DNA of 64,000 nt from Eledone cirrhosa (GCA_964016885.1 OZ024754.1:37386001-37450000), one strand, 5' to 3'; positions 28,452 through 41,971 are shown, counted from the first letter of the stretch. Numbers and translations are program-made. Notes: a model not told the origin generated them from the letters alone.

Positions 28452-28997
28452 TGTAAAAGTTCTATTTAAATTGTTGGGATACAACAAGCAAATATTTTTA
28501 TAACTGATATAAAGCACTCAACAAATATTTGGAGTAAAAATACGATATATTAACAAATGGAAACTATATTTATAAAACCATATTTATTTCATTATACATA
28601 TTTCAAGGACACCAAGTTAAATTATGGTGTGCTTTCATCAGATAAAATATAATATAGATCAGTTTTATAAATAAATATTGACATACCCTTAAAGAATGTA
28701 ACCATTGCTGTTGGAAGCTCCCGGATAGTGGAGTTGTAGCTTTAATTATATTATTAGTATTGGATATTTTTATTTTTAAAATAAGCCGTTGGGTTACGGA
28801 GAAAGAGAAAGATAGAGAAGGAGAGAAAGAGAGAATGGTTGCATTCTTTAAGGGTATGTCAATATTTATTTATAAAACTGATCTATATTATATTTTATCT
28901 GATGAAAGCACATCATAATTTAACTTGGTGTCCTTGAAATATGTATAATGAAATAAATATGATTTTATAAATATAGTTTCCATTTGTTAATATCGTA
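28452..28997. mobile_element. Family E fold-back element with two divergent hammerhead motifs (28585-28649 minus; 28891-28955 plus)
   Basis: ~160-bp inverted arms; plus copy tattttat-CTGATGA-stem II-GAAA-T atgt A-TA-atgaaata; (TA)n on both sides. Confidence 0.8.
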
Positions 28998-29863
28998 TAT
29001 ATATATATATATATTTATGCATTAGTACTTAGATTTGGGTGTGAAATACTGATTTATACTATGCAGGGTTCAAAACCTTGAATGATGAGTTTGAGAAGTC
29101 TATCTCTCAATTATCCCAATCCTACCATGTAATACTGTAACAATATAATTACTAACCTCCATCAGACTGGTAAATACATCTAGAGGTCTTGATATTTTCT
29201 ATGGATTTAGTTCATGTGATTGTTTTCACTGAAGTAATTATGAAGCTATTCAAATCTTACAATGGAATGCTGTCGGCACATCAGGATTCAATTAAGCTAG
29301 CTACGAACCAAATCAAAGTGTTATTTGGCGCTGAAGTGGCAAAAGGTGGTCTTTTTTTTTTTTTTTGAAGTGTTTGTTTATTCTATGCTTTGTGTTTTTG
29401 AATAAATGATTAAGTAATGCTGGTCCTTGTTTGTTTGGTTGTATTAGTTATTGGTCCTGGGAGGAAATTTGGCACAAAGCTGACACCATCCATTACAGAA
29501 TGGCAACAAATACTTAGTTTAGAGAACAAGCTTAATGCTGGTTTTCAACAATTGAGCTTTCAATTGTTATACATGGAATTGCCCAGGGAAGCAGCAACAG
29601 CAGCAACAGCAGAAACAGCAATAGCAGCAGCAACAACCCATTCGCTATATATGTCTGCAGTATTTAAGTTACACAAACTGAGATTCATTATCATACTCAT
29701 CATCATTTAACAATGAAGGTCAATTTTGTCATTCACCCTTTCAGGTTGAGAAATAAATAACCAGTCAACTACTATGGTTAATTTATCTCACTCTCCCTCC
29801 TCCTCTCTCTATTGATGTGTCTATATATCTATCTATCTATCTATCTATCAAACTATCAATCCA

Positions 29864-30402
29864 GTTGACCACCGAGTCCATTGTCATGATCAAACCGCCA
29901 CCCTCCTGCAAAAACGAAGGAGAGGCGGTTTTCCTTTGTGTGATAGCTATGGCGAAAGAGGTTGTATGGTGGACGAGGTTAAAAGGGCTGAGGTTAGACA
30001 CCTTTCTCTCCAGCCAACAACTGATTCTTTTTTTCAAATACCACTTTGGAAGAAGAATCAGGATGGAGAGAGAGGTGCTGTACCCCAGCAAGTTTTATGA
30101 AAGGTGGGTGAAAGTGGCGAGAATGGCCCGAGTGAATGGGCCTTCTCTCTATATCAGCCTGTAGGTTGAGGAAAAAGAGGAAGAGAGGAAAGGAGTACAA
30201 ACTCTTCGTACTCCTGGAGATGAGGGTTGCACATTTTTTTCGGGGGTATGTGTTACCCATATGAACTGTCTCCCCCTATTGGGGAAAATCGATTAACTTT
30301 TAATTTACATTTGTGATAACATTTTACACATTTTTATTGTATGTAAACTCCCCCCTTTGTAATTGTCCCCTTCTTTTGTGCCCCTGTGGCTAATAAAGAA
30401 AG
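29864..30402 (+). mobile_element. L1/Tx1-like LINE 3' end flanked by (TATC)n
   Basis: ORF ..IAMAKEVVWWTR..FFKYHFGRRIRMER..KFYERW; 3' UTR ends AATAAAGAA. Related ends at 30620-30865, 43581-43791 and 62845-63140. Confidence 0.6.
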
Positions 30403-31210
30403 ATATCTATCTATCAAACTATCTAGCTAGCTCTCTCTCCATTTATCTATCTTTCTCTCTCTCTCTCTATCTATCTTTCTCTCTCGCTCTCTATCTATCT
30501 TTCTCTCTCTCTCTCTATCTATCTTTCTCTCTCTCTATCTATCTTTCTCTCTCTCTCTATCTATCTTTCTCTCTCTATCTATCTATCTTTCTCTCTCTCT
30601 ATCTATCTCTCGAACTGTCTATATAAACCTGTAGGTTGAAGAAATCGAGAGAAGATGAGAGCACTTGCTAAACATGTTCCTGGTGTTTAGGGTTATTCTA
30701 TCTACAGGGTCTAACACAACCCTGCAGTGACGTTCCACCCTATTAGGGATTTCAATTGTTTATTTATAATTGTTAAATTTATTTACACGCTTCCATGTAA
30801 AATTCCTGCTGGCCCATGTTTTGTAATGTCTCATTTCTTGTGTGCCCTTGTGGCAAATAAAGAAATCTATCTACTTACCAACCTATCTACCTATCGAACT
30901 ATCTATCTATCTATTTGTTTACATTCAATTCCTGGCAACATATTGTGTCCTTGAGCAAGTCACTTTATTTTACATTGTTTCAGTCAACTTATCTGAAAAA
31001 AATGAATTCTACCTTTTAAATTCAAGGGGCCTGCCTTGTTACACTCTGTGTTATGCCAAATCTCCCTGAGCACTATGTTAAAGGTACACGTGATTGTGGA
31101 ATGCTCAGCCACTCACATGTTAGTTTTACTAACAAGTTGTTCTGTTGATCATAAAACTAGAAAACACTTTGTCAAACTGACAGCCATCTAACAACTGCGT
31201 TGGGTATGAA

Positions 31211-31247
<37 letters not shown>

Positions 31248-31941
31248 GTTTATCCCAGGTTCAATTAGGGGTAACCATAGTAAGTAAGGTACTCAATATA
31301 GCAGAGTATAAATATTTAATATATATATATATATATAAAGCTCATAGTGCATGTGTGTATATGTTTGTATGTGTATGTATGTAAGCACATATGTGTGTGT
31401 GTGTGTGTGTAGAGAGAGAGAGAGATAGAAAGCGAGAGAAAGAAAGAGAGAGAGAGAGAGAAAGAGAGAGAGCGAGAGAGAGAGCGAGAGAAAGAGAGAG
31501 AGAGAGAAAGAGAGAGAGAGAGTCCACAGTGTTGAGACCGGAGGGACTATTTATCATTTTCGAATAAATTTTGGTTTTACATTTAATTTTTTAAATTTTT
31601 TTTTTTGTCAAATTTCAGGTTGATTTATATTTTTGATTTTGTAGAGGTTGGGGGTTGTTTTTAGTTATTTTAAGAATTTTTTTTTTTTGTCAAATTAAAA
31701 CATTTACATGGTATTAAATTCTTCTAAAATAATTAATTTTTTCAAAAATGTTTCTATAATAATTTGGTCTTTTTAAGAATTTTCCTGAAAAAATCTTAGA
31801 CTTTTTTTTTTAAATTTGAATTGTTAAAAAAATAGAATTATAAAAAATATAGATTAAATGAACACTTGAAACACTCAACAAAAACTAATTGCAAGTGAAT
31901 AAAGTGAGTTTATCAGCTACTATATATATTAAGGGTACATT

Positions 31942-32170
31942 TTAACCCTTTAGCATTTAAACCAGCCATATCTGGCCAGAATTCTTTCACCTCTTTCTGT
32001 TCAAACTGAGCGTAACTGGCCACTCATACTTATGTTAAGGTATTGTTCTCAAAAGAAATATTACCAAAATGTCATAGATTCCATATCGCGTGAGATAATT
32101 ATGTAAGATAAAGCCTTTACCACAAAAATACAATAGTATATATAGAGTAATGTAAATTCTAAAGGGTTAA
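31942..32170 (+). mobile_element. piggyBac-like MITE
   Basis: TTAA-CCCTTTAGCATTT..AAAGGG-TTAA. Confidence 0.82.
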
Positions 32171-32626
32171 GCCCTCTACAAAAGCTAGTTGCAAGTGAAT
32201 AAAGTGAGTTTATCAGCTACTATATATATATTAAGTGTATATTTTAAGTCTTCTACAAAAGCTAGCTGTGAGTGAACAAAGCGGGTTTATCAGCTACTTT
32301 ACTTATTAACTAATTACACTAATTAACTACCCATTTCTAATCTATGCAAATTGATTAAACCAATAAACGGGCTCGATTCATACAACTATATAATTAGTCA
32401 AGGGAAAGAACCAGTTATATCTTCATTACTGCTTCTTGTTGTTTATTACTTCATCATGCTATGATCGTGTTTAATGTAGTCCAAAGCTCATTGAGGGAGA
32501 GAGAGAGAAAGAGGTGGGAGCTATTGTATACTATGAGTAATGAATCACTGACACAATCTAATTTAGGTGGTTCACTAAGTAAGTTCTATAGTCTATAGAG
32601 TTTCTCTTAGCCAACAGAAGTGAAAG

Positions 32627-32920
32627 CGCATGGCTTAGTGGTTAGAGAATTGGATTCACAATAGTGAGGTAACAAGCTCGATTTCTGGACTGTCTTTAGC
32701 AAGACACTTTATTTCATGTTCCTCTTTTCTGCCAGGAGTTGCAGCGGGGAGATATGTAACGGAATTCTTCTATGTTTTACCTGGCAAAGATTTAGAGGCG
32801 AGAAATTTTAGATTCGATTTCGAATCTTCGCCAGGTAAATCATAGAAGAATTCCGTTACAGATAGTATGACCAATGAAAAGAGCTATGCAAATATTGTCT
32901 CCTTGGTCTGATTTGACAAG
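32627..32920 (+). mobile_element. tRNA-derived SINE (second family) interrupted by a MITE
   Basis: A box TGGCTTAGTGG; homologous to the uninterrupted copy at ~56528-56730. Confidence 0.65.
32755..32860. mobile_element. 106-bp MITE with TGT..ACA ends and 4-bp TSD GATA (Ginger-like signature)
   Basis: ~38-bp TIR TGTAACGGAATTCTTCTATG..; GATA at 32751-32754 and 32861-32864. Confidence 0.75.
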
Positions 32921-33249
32921 TTCCACCCCATCGGTAAGTGAATGAGATCTGGGATCTTGTCGATCATATAGAAAAAAATATGTCTTAGTTAGGGAAAGGA
33001 AGAGATGTTCCCATGCAACGTTTTGCAATACTTGGCAAGCTGATATAAAAATTGAGATGGTTGATAGCAACTCTATCTATCTGTAAGTCAGCCTCTACAG
33101 GAAAGATGGGAACAGAGGGTGGGTGGGGGTAAACTAAGAGGCGGGTCTATTTTAGAATGCTTTTAGCATAATGAACTCTGTGAAAGGAAGCACCAAGGGT
33201 TAGGCTGGTGGCATTAAATGGAGCCACACACTCTCACACACACACACAC

Positions 33250-33282
<33 letters not shown>

Positions 33283-33405
33283 TTATATAAACTTAAAATA
33301 TATATGGAGAGAGAAAAAAGAAGTATATCCATTGATCTTTTTTATTGAGAAACCTGATCATCATACATTTATTATATATTGATACCTTAACATAGTATGC
33401 ATGAT

Positions 33406-33467
<62 letters not shown>

Positions 33468-33800
33468 TAGCCTTGTTTAATATTGACAGTGAGAAGAGTA
33501 TGTCCACAACACCATAGTAAACAGTAATTGTTTATTAAAGTCAAGTCAGAGTCCAGTTACTTTGGCATTTCACCTGTGTATTCACTGTGTGTGTGTGTAT
33601 ATATATGTATGTATGTATGTATGTAAAAGGTAAACAGTAATAACAACACAATTGGTACATTATATATGGAAAGAATATATTAGGTTAACGCTACTCCTTC
33701 ATCAGAAGAAAGAATGAGAAATTATATATATATAGAAATATATATATATATATAGAGAGAGAGAGGTATAAATATATATATAAATAAATATATATATATA

Positions 33801-33994
33801 TAGGAACAAGTATGACCCCGACGGCAGTGCTCAAGCCGTTTCGACGGCTAATTCAGTCCAGAATTAGCCGTCGAAACGGCTTGAGCTTTGCCGTCGGGGT
33901 TACACTTGTTCCTATTACCCACTCTACTACCCTAAGTATTGAGTACTTTGGTGCGTTATGGTCCATCTGGTTCCTTACCACATTTCCTTCGTTA
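33801..33994 (+). mobile_element. Fold-back element family A with hammerhead 3' half (GAAACGGC..GCCGTC|GGGGT)
   Basis: Arms 33801-33854 / 33861-33914, shared tail, TA-rich flanks. Confidence 0.8.
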
Positions 33995-34015
33995 AATATA
34001 TATATATAGAGAGAA

Positions 34016-34058
<43 letters not shown>

Positions 34059-34398
34059 GAGAGAGGTAAAGTCCATACATACAAATAAAAGGACACAATT
34101 TGGATTAAGAAGAGTGACTGAACAAAAGGTGACTGACTAGAGACAGCTTGAGAGGAGAGAGACTGCGAGGACATTACCTGACTGGAGAGGCCATGAGATC
34201 AACCAACTCCAAGGAACAGAAGCCATTATATTAATAGTAGAGAGAGGAAGGAGGAGTGTATTGGTGAGACATTTCATATATATATACATATATATACATA
34301 TATATACATATATATATATATAAAGTCTCTCACCAATACACTCAGAGCACAGTATATATTTATATGTATATATATGTATATGTATATATATATATATT

Positions 34399-34485
34399 CA
34401 GGTTGTCTCTAAAAAATGTATACATACTTTGAATATCTGTACAAACAATATTTATCAGAATGGTGTATACATTTTAGGGGACACC

Positions 34486-34488
<3 letters not shown>
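34399..34488. mobile_element. Tc1/mariner-type MITE
   Basis: Imperfect TIR CAGG(G/T)TGTC.C..TAAAA..TGTATAC; TA-rich flanks. Confidence 0.6.
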
Positions 34489-34559
<71 letters not shown>

Positions 34560-34611
34560 ATATATATATATAATATGTGTGTGTATATATATACATACAT
34601 ATATATATGTG

Positions 34612-34686
<75 letters not shown>

Positions 34687-34697
34687 CTGTGTATGTA

Positions 34698-34755
<58 letters not shown>

Positions 34756-34779
34756 ATGTCTGTATATATATATATATAA

Positions 34780-34836
<57 letters not shown>

Positions 34837-35354
34837 ATATAATGTGTGTGTGTATGCAAATATTGCAATATTGATATTGATATTTCCAAGTGATTGATTA
34901 CTTTGATCACATTGATCAGATCTAATTATATATCATTTGATTGAATTAGAAGATAATAATCGAATATCATATTTTCTTCTCGTGGGAAGAGAGTGAGAAT
35001 TAATTTCGAAATAATTAACATCACAGATTAAGGGACCAAATGTTGGGGAGGGGCTGCCTTAGTAGAGTCGGTAGAGCATCAGATAGCATTCATTGCAGTG
35101 TTTGTTACATTTTTCTGAGCTCTGAGTTCAAATCCCACCAAGGTCAACTTTGCTTTTCGTCCTTTCAGGGTCAAGATGTAAAGTACTAGTTCAAATATTA
35201 TGGTTGATCAGTCATACTCCTCTCTCCTTATCTATCAATATTGATCTATCAATCTATCTCCCTATCAATCTATAGGTCTATATATATCCTAATTGAACCT
35301 GAACCGATAAGGTCTGGTTTCTTGGATATGTCACCATTTATAAAACAAATTTTG

Positions 35355-35415
35355 TATTTTATCTGATGAGGGCGTACCAAAATTTTGGTACCCTTGAAAT
35401 ATATATAATAAAATA
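35355..35415 (+). ncRNA. Minimal type I hammerhead motif (family E-related element, ~35290-35550)
   Basis: Perfect 8-bp stem I tattttat/ataaaata; CTGATGA; stem II gtaccaaa/tttggtac; GAAA-T ATAT A-TA with palindromic stem III. Confidence 0.8.
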
Positions 35416-35559
35416 AATATGGTTTTATAAATATAGTTTCCATTTATTTAATATCATTGATATTATACTCCAGAAAAACTGTAGAGTGCTTCGAATCTGT
35501 TATAAATAAATTTGTTGAATAATCAACAAATTAAATATCTCTTTACTTTATATATGGTA

Positions 35560-35750
35560 ATAATAATTGTTTCTACTTTTGGCACAAGGCCAGCAATTAC
35601 CCAGTGCATTACTGGTACTTTATTTTATCGACCCCGTAAGGATGAAAGGCAAAGTTAACCTCGGTGGGATTTGAACTCAGAATGGCAAGGGCCGTAACTC
35701 TATGCATCAAAGCATGGCATCCAACCCTCTACCGATACTGCCAATTCACC
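35560..35750 (-). mobile_element. Nin-like SINE
   Basis: Same family motifs. Confidence 0.78.
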
Positions 35751-36840
35751 TAATAATAAATGTGAAGAGGGCTCGACAAGGATAATATATATAATCGATA
35801 TATATCGATACATATAAAACCATAGAGCAAATATTTATTAAAATAACAGATTAAAGTTTAAGCAAAGAATCGCTGCTTTCACCCTTAACGGGATCTTTCA
35901 CACACACATATCACACAGACACACTTTCACACACACATATCACACAGACACATCACACATAGACATCACACATACACATATACATATTCTCACATTCACA
36001 TATCAAACACACACACACATTCTCACATTCACATATCAAACACACATACACATTCTCAAACACACATATCAAACACACACACATATCAAACACACACACA
36101 CATCAAACACACACACACATTCTCACACACACATATCACACAGACACTTCTGAATGCAAGTTTCCTATGCAACTCTCTCACACACACATATCAAACACAC
36201 ACACATTACACATATCAAACACACATATCACACACACACATATCAAACACACACACAGACACACACATATCACACACACACATATCAAACACACACACAG
36301 ACACACACATATCACACACACACATATCAAACACACACACTCACACACATATTAAACACACACATTCTCAAGCACATATCACACACACATATCAAACTCA
36401 CACATACACACACACCACACAAGTCTCCTAACCAGAGAGCCATTCCATGTGTCCATATTGGAGGAATTGTCTATATGATGTACACAATACTATTACCTTA
36501 CATATAAGACAAGCATGCATGGTTTAACAGGAAGTAACTGACTTATATATCATTATGGTTTATTGTTGTACATCAAGTAGAGTTCAAAGGAAGAGCATTC
36601 AAACTGAAATTGTATGGTTAGTAATGGTGGAATTCAATAGAAACAGTCAATTAACTATTATATATGTGACTAAAAAATGTATATTTATCAAACACACTCC
36701 TTTTCTTATATTTTCCTTCTTGTCCCACCTTCTACCACACCCCTCAAAATTCCCTTCTGACTTATTACCATGGTAATTTTAATTCACATGGATTTTACGG
36801 CTTTCGAAATACACATACCCACTTTTCTTTTTCATATATT

Positions 36841-36901
<61 letters not shown>

Positions 36902-36986
36902 ATATTAATAAATTTGAAGACTAAAATCCAAAGAGGGCTCGATAAGGAAAAATATATATCAAATATATAAGAACCGTAGAGCAAAT

Positions 36987-37037
36987 AGTTTCAGAAGATC
37001 CTGTTAAGGGTGAAAGCAGCGATTCTTTGCTTAAACT
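36987..37037 (+). ncRNA. Degenerate hammerhead motif (family F; related copy 35760-35899 minus)
   Basis: agttt-CAGAAGA (one core mismatch)-tcctgttaagggt-GAAA-GCA..TGC-TT-aaact. Confidence 0.55.
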
Positions 37038-37300
37038 TTAATCTGTTATTTTAATAAATATATATATATATAGGTTTGTTTTAATTGATTTATTATTTTA
37101 AATCGACACAGGCAAACTGTATTAATTTAATTAGTATTTTTCAATCTAGCTAACTTGGTTGTTTGCAATACAAACACTTATATACTTGTATTAGTGTTTA
37201 TCCCTATCATATATTCATTTGTATTAGACGGCTCAGAAATATCCCTTTCTTTGAGCTATTTAATTGTAAAAGACTGTTTGAGTTTATAACTCTATATATA

Positions 37301-37364
<64 letters not shown>

Positions 37365-38032
37365 GTAATCTGAGTTTTTCGGATATCAATAATAATATTC
37401 AATTCGTTTGCAATTATGCAAAACAAGCCTCATTTTTAAAGCCATGTCTGTAAAATGAGCCCCTCATTCAGCCATGTAGAGCGAAAATTTATATATATAT
37501 ATCTTTATCAGACCAATGTGATAACACATTGGTCTGGCAAACCAAAAATGTGAGTTCGTGTCCCATGTACATCAATACTCATCCTTTTTTTCCATTCAAA
37601 GGTTTTTTTTTTAAATCCCAACTTACAGACTAATTCTATTTAGTCAAATACGGCATAAGCACATATTACTACCTAATTTTTAAATTTGCTAACTGTTTCT
37701 AAACAAAGCTTGCTTTGTGTCTCCATATATATATATATATATATATCACCTGTTTCAGAGGTATGGCAAAAAGCCAAAGATGGAACTGCTGTGTGTTTGC
37801 ACCATCTGCTTAAAATATCTGTCAAATCTTCTTCAAATTGTACTCTACTGTATTAGAATAAGAAGGACACGTTAAACATATCAATCATAGTTATTTACAA
37901 AAATATATTATGATCATCATGATTTGAACACCTTTTGATCATAGACCTGCTCAATCAGCATTGATCAGGAGTAAAAATCAACTTCAACAACAAGCCAGTA
38001 AAGGTCACAGATACAGCTCCTATCCTCTAACT

Positions 38033-38230
38033 CAGGCATGTTAAACATGTGGCCCTTTACAAGCACCCCTGTGGCCTGCACAAAGGTTTTTACAGTGCAA
38101 GCATGTTTTATCTTCGTAATATAAAATAAAAACAATTGTTGTAATGTGCGCAATTAGTTGTCATGTGTGGCCCTCAGACAATACATGTGACTCATGTGGC
38201 CCTCGGGAGACCCTCTGTTTGATATGCCCG
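38033..38230. mobile_element. hAT (Charlie-like) MITE
   Basis: TIR CAGGCATGTTAAAC / GTTTGATATGCCCG; exact 8-bp TSD CTCTAACT. Confidence 0.82.
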
Positions 38231-39369
38231 CTCTAACTAACCCCTAAAATATCCTACTCAATGTAAGTAAAGAGAGAGAAGAACAGATTTCCTTTATCGT
38301 TATTGTTCATCCTGGCCATTGTTTCTGCTCTTTGATTTTTGCTGTCAATGGCAATGGCAATAATTGGCAGCAACATTTATTTTCGTTTAGTTTTATCAAA
38401 TTCATATCTGCCTTCTCCAATAAATAGGCTGAAATTATTTAATAAAATGTGAATTATTTAGCAGCAGAGAATTGAAGCATATATGCATTAACCTTGTATG
38501 TACATCTCTTATATATTGTATACAATCTACAATCATGTGTATTGAACATAATGCACTTGTCTATAGAATATCTGTCTATATTATCATGTGTTACTACAGT
38601 TATATTTTTGAATAGCTTTTCTGTCATAATAGACAAGCAGACAACAAGATATTACAGATAATACATCAACCTACTTTCGCTTTTTAAAATTCTCTTATTT
38701 CTCTGTGGATATCAGAATTTTATCATTTTAAGGACAAAAACTGTATTGTGATTGTATATGTGTCCACATTTCATTCCATGTTCTATATTCTAGCTCATTT
38801 TAGAGATCAAAGATACAGGAAATCATTATTATTGTGCCATTTCTAAATGGAGACTTCTATCAATGTTTCATCAGAAATTTGATGAAGAAATTTTTTTATT
38901 TTTTCCACTTGTTTTCCTTCGATAATACATAAAATATAATATTCTGAACACACAAATTAAAATCGAAAGCTAATGGGATTTAAATCATGTACTTTGCTTC
39001 ATTTTGGTGTTTTATAGCGTTTCCTGCTTGTTCATTACCATACTATTGATTTCTATTGGGTGTTTAAATATTTCATATAAAACAGTGTTAGTTTGATAGC
39101 TTGATGGTAGGGTGTTATGGCAGATAGTTGCAGAATTCAAGATCTGACCCTTTTAACCCTTAGATTTAACTATTTAGGGGTGACAGCCATTAACATAGCA
39201 TTAGACTTTAATTAGGAGGACATGTTGTCCTGGTAGAGTCTATTATATTTCAAGCTATACCCCATGGAAAAGTGGAATTTAGCAGCTAAAATAATAGAAC
39301 AATCCTGAGATAATGTCAGTTTACTAGAACAGGACATTTGGATTTAAATGGCCTTCACTTGAATATAGT

Positions 39370-39809
39370 TTAATCCTTTAGCCTTTAAACTGGCCGTATC
39401 CAGTGAGAATACTCTCACCTCTTTTTGTTCAAACAGGCTGTAATCGGCCACTCATACTGATGTTAAGGTATTGTTCTCAAAATAGATATCACAATTTCGT
39501 AAATTCGATATTATGTGAGATAATTATGTAAGATAAATCCTTTACCACAAAAATACTTTAGTAACTATAGAGTAAAGTAAAGTAAATGCTAAAGGGTTAA
39601 ACCAGCTATATCTGGCAAAAATACTCTCACCTCTTTCTGTTCAAACTGGCTATAACTGGTTGCTCATACTGACATTAAGGTATTGTTCTCAAAATAAATA
39701 AATCTCAAAATAACAGATTTGATATTATGTGAGATAATTATGTGAGATAAAGTGTTCACCATGAAAATATGATGGTAAATATAGAGTAATGTAAATGGTA
39801 AAGGGCTAA
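39370..39809 (+). mobile_element. Two tandem piggyBac-like MITEs
   Basis: 39370-39600 complete; 39601-39809 lacks the left TIR. Confidence 0.75.
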
Positions 39810-40134
39810 AACCATCACTTGCATGTAGGGTGTTTTTAGCATAGTTCACTTTGTTGTAACATACAGACCAGTGTTACAGTCCATTGTAACATACAATATA
39901 TTTGTGTTATATATACAATAAATATCTAAGGTTAGCTTTGCCTTCCATCCTTACAGGGTCGATAAAATAAAATACCTGTCATACACTAGAGTCAATTTAA
40001 TCGACTTTCCCCTACCCCAAAATTGTTGGCCTTGTACCTAAATCACAAACCCTTATATGTATATAATATATTTGTATTATGTGTATACAATATATATCTG
40101 TATTATATCATCATCATCATCATATATATATATA

Positions 40135-40470
40135 CATGGCTTAGTGGTTAGAGCATTGGCCTTACAATCGAAAGGTTGTGAGTTCAATTCTCAGACTGGG
40201 TGATGTGTTGTTTCCTTGAGCAAGACACTTTATTTCACATTGCTCCAGTTTACTCAGCTGTAGAAATGAGATGATAGGGACTGGGGTCCCTATCATTCCA
40301 CTGCAAAGTGGTCGTGGAGGTGCCACGGCAAAAAAGCACCCAGCACTCACTGTAAATGCGGTTGGTGTTAGGAAGGGCATCCAGCTGTAGAAATCTAGCC
40401 AGAATCAGTTCCCGTCCCACCCTTGCTAGCAAGGAAAAGTGGACGTAAAATGATGATGATGATGATGATG
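40135..40470 (+). mobile_element. tRNA-derived SINE with RTE tail
   Basis: Near-identical to 2256-2605. Confidence 0.85.
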
Positions 40471-40471
40471 A

Positions 40472-40686
40472 TAGAACACTGGAAGGTAATATCTATAGTG
40501 GTGGAGCACTCAGTCCATGGGATGAGTTAGGTAGAAGTGGTAACACAACAGTTAGTTCACCATACCGAGAACAATTGTTTCACCTTAGCGGGTCCTCAGC
40601 GGGTCCTCAGCGGGTCCATTATGAGCTGAAGATTCACTAAGGTGAAACAATTGTTCTCGGTATGGTGAACTAACTGTTGTGTAACC

Positions 40687-40690
<4 letters not shown>
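40472..40690. mobile_element. Family C fold-back element with hammerhead motifs on both strands
   Basis: Arms ~40535-40588 / 40636-40690. Plus: tgag-CTGAAGA-ttcactaaggt-GAAA-C AATT G-TT-ctcg. Minus: CTGAGGA-cccgctaaggt-GAAACAATTGTT. Confidence 0.75.
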
Positions 40691-40732
<42 letters not shown>

Positions 40733-40733
<1 letters not shown>

Positions 40734-40932
40734 GTAGGTCCCGGGTTGAGTCGGGGATAACCACAGTAAGTAAGGTACTCAATACATGGCAGAGTAAAAT
40801 TTTTTTATTTTATAGAAGGAGCTTCTACAGGACTAGTACTGTTTCATTCAGATGAAATCTTCAGGAGCTTCCTGAAGATTTCATCTGAATGAAACAGTAC
40901 TAATCCTGTAGAAGCTCCTTCTATAAAATAAA
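40733..40932. mobile_element. Family B fold-back element in (TA)n
   Basis: Near-perfect palindrome ~40804-40932 centred at 40868, plus a tail; the tail alone also occurs at ~31253-31310. Confidence 0.8.
40863..40919 (+). ncRNA. Type I hammerhead ribozyme motif, complete
   Basis: 9-bp stem I aggagcttc/gaagctcct; CTGAAGA; stem II ttca/tgaa; GAAA-CAG..CTG-TA; predicted cleavage after GTA 40908-40910. Confidence 0.85.
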
Positions 40933-41290
40933 TATATATATATCATCATCACTGTTTTATGCCCATTCTTCCATGCTAGCATGGGTTAGACGGGTTGTCC
41001 TGTTGTGGGCAATGCCAAGTCAGGTGACCTTGTCTTGCTCATATAGAACCAATTTTGGCTTGATTTCTACAGCTGGATGCCCTTCCTAACACCAACCTCA
41101 TTTACAGTGAGTGCTGGGTGCTTTTTTTCCGTGGTGCCTACACGTCCACTTTACAATGTGGGCTGGGTGCTTTTTTGTGATGATACCTTCACGACCACTT
41201 TGCAATGGGAGGGGGGTGGGGACATATTGTCTATATGCTTCAGCTTTGGCTTATACCCGTGCAAATGCAATATATTTGTATTATGTGTAT

Positions 41291-41325
<35 letters not shown>

Positions 41326-41971
41326 TATGTATGTAATATGTGTATTATATATATACAATATATATATGTATTATATGTATTATATATATTATATATATAT
41401 GTATTATATGTATGTAATATATATGTATTATATGTATGTAATATATATGTATTATGAGTATACAATATATATATGTATTATATATTTGTATTATGTGTGT
41501 ACAATATATATGTATTATATATATGTATTATATATATGTATTATGTGTGTACAATATATATGTATTATATATATGTATTATGTGTGTACAATATATATAT
41601 GTATTATATATTTGTATTATGTGTGTACAATATATATATGTATTATATATATGTATTATATATATGTATTATGTGTGTACAATATATATGTATTATATAT
41701 ATGTATTATATATATGTATTATGTGTGTACAATATATATATGTATTATATATATGTATTATGTATGTACAATATATATATGTATTATATATATGTATTAT
41801 ATATTTACAATATATACATGTATTATATATATGTATTATATATATGTATTATGTGTGTACAATATATATATGTATTATATGTATGTAATATATTTTTTAT
41901 TAAATGTCTGATAATATTAAATGTTTCATAATATTTTCTACATTTTCTCTATTTCATAAACTTTTTTCCAG

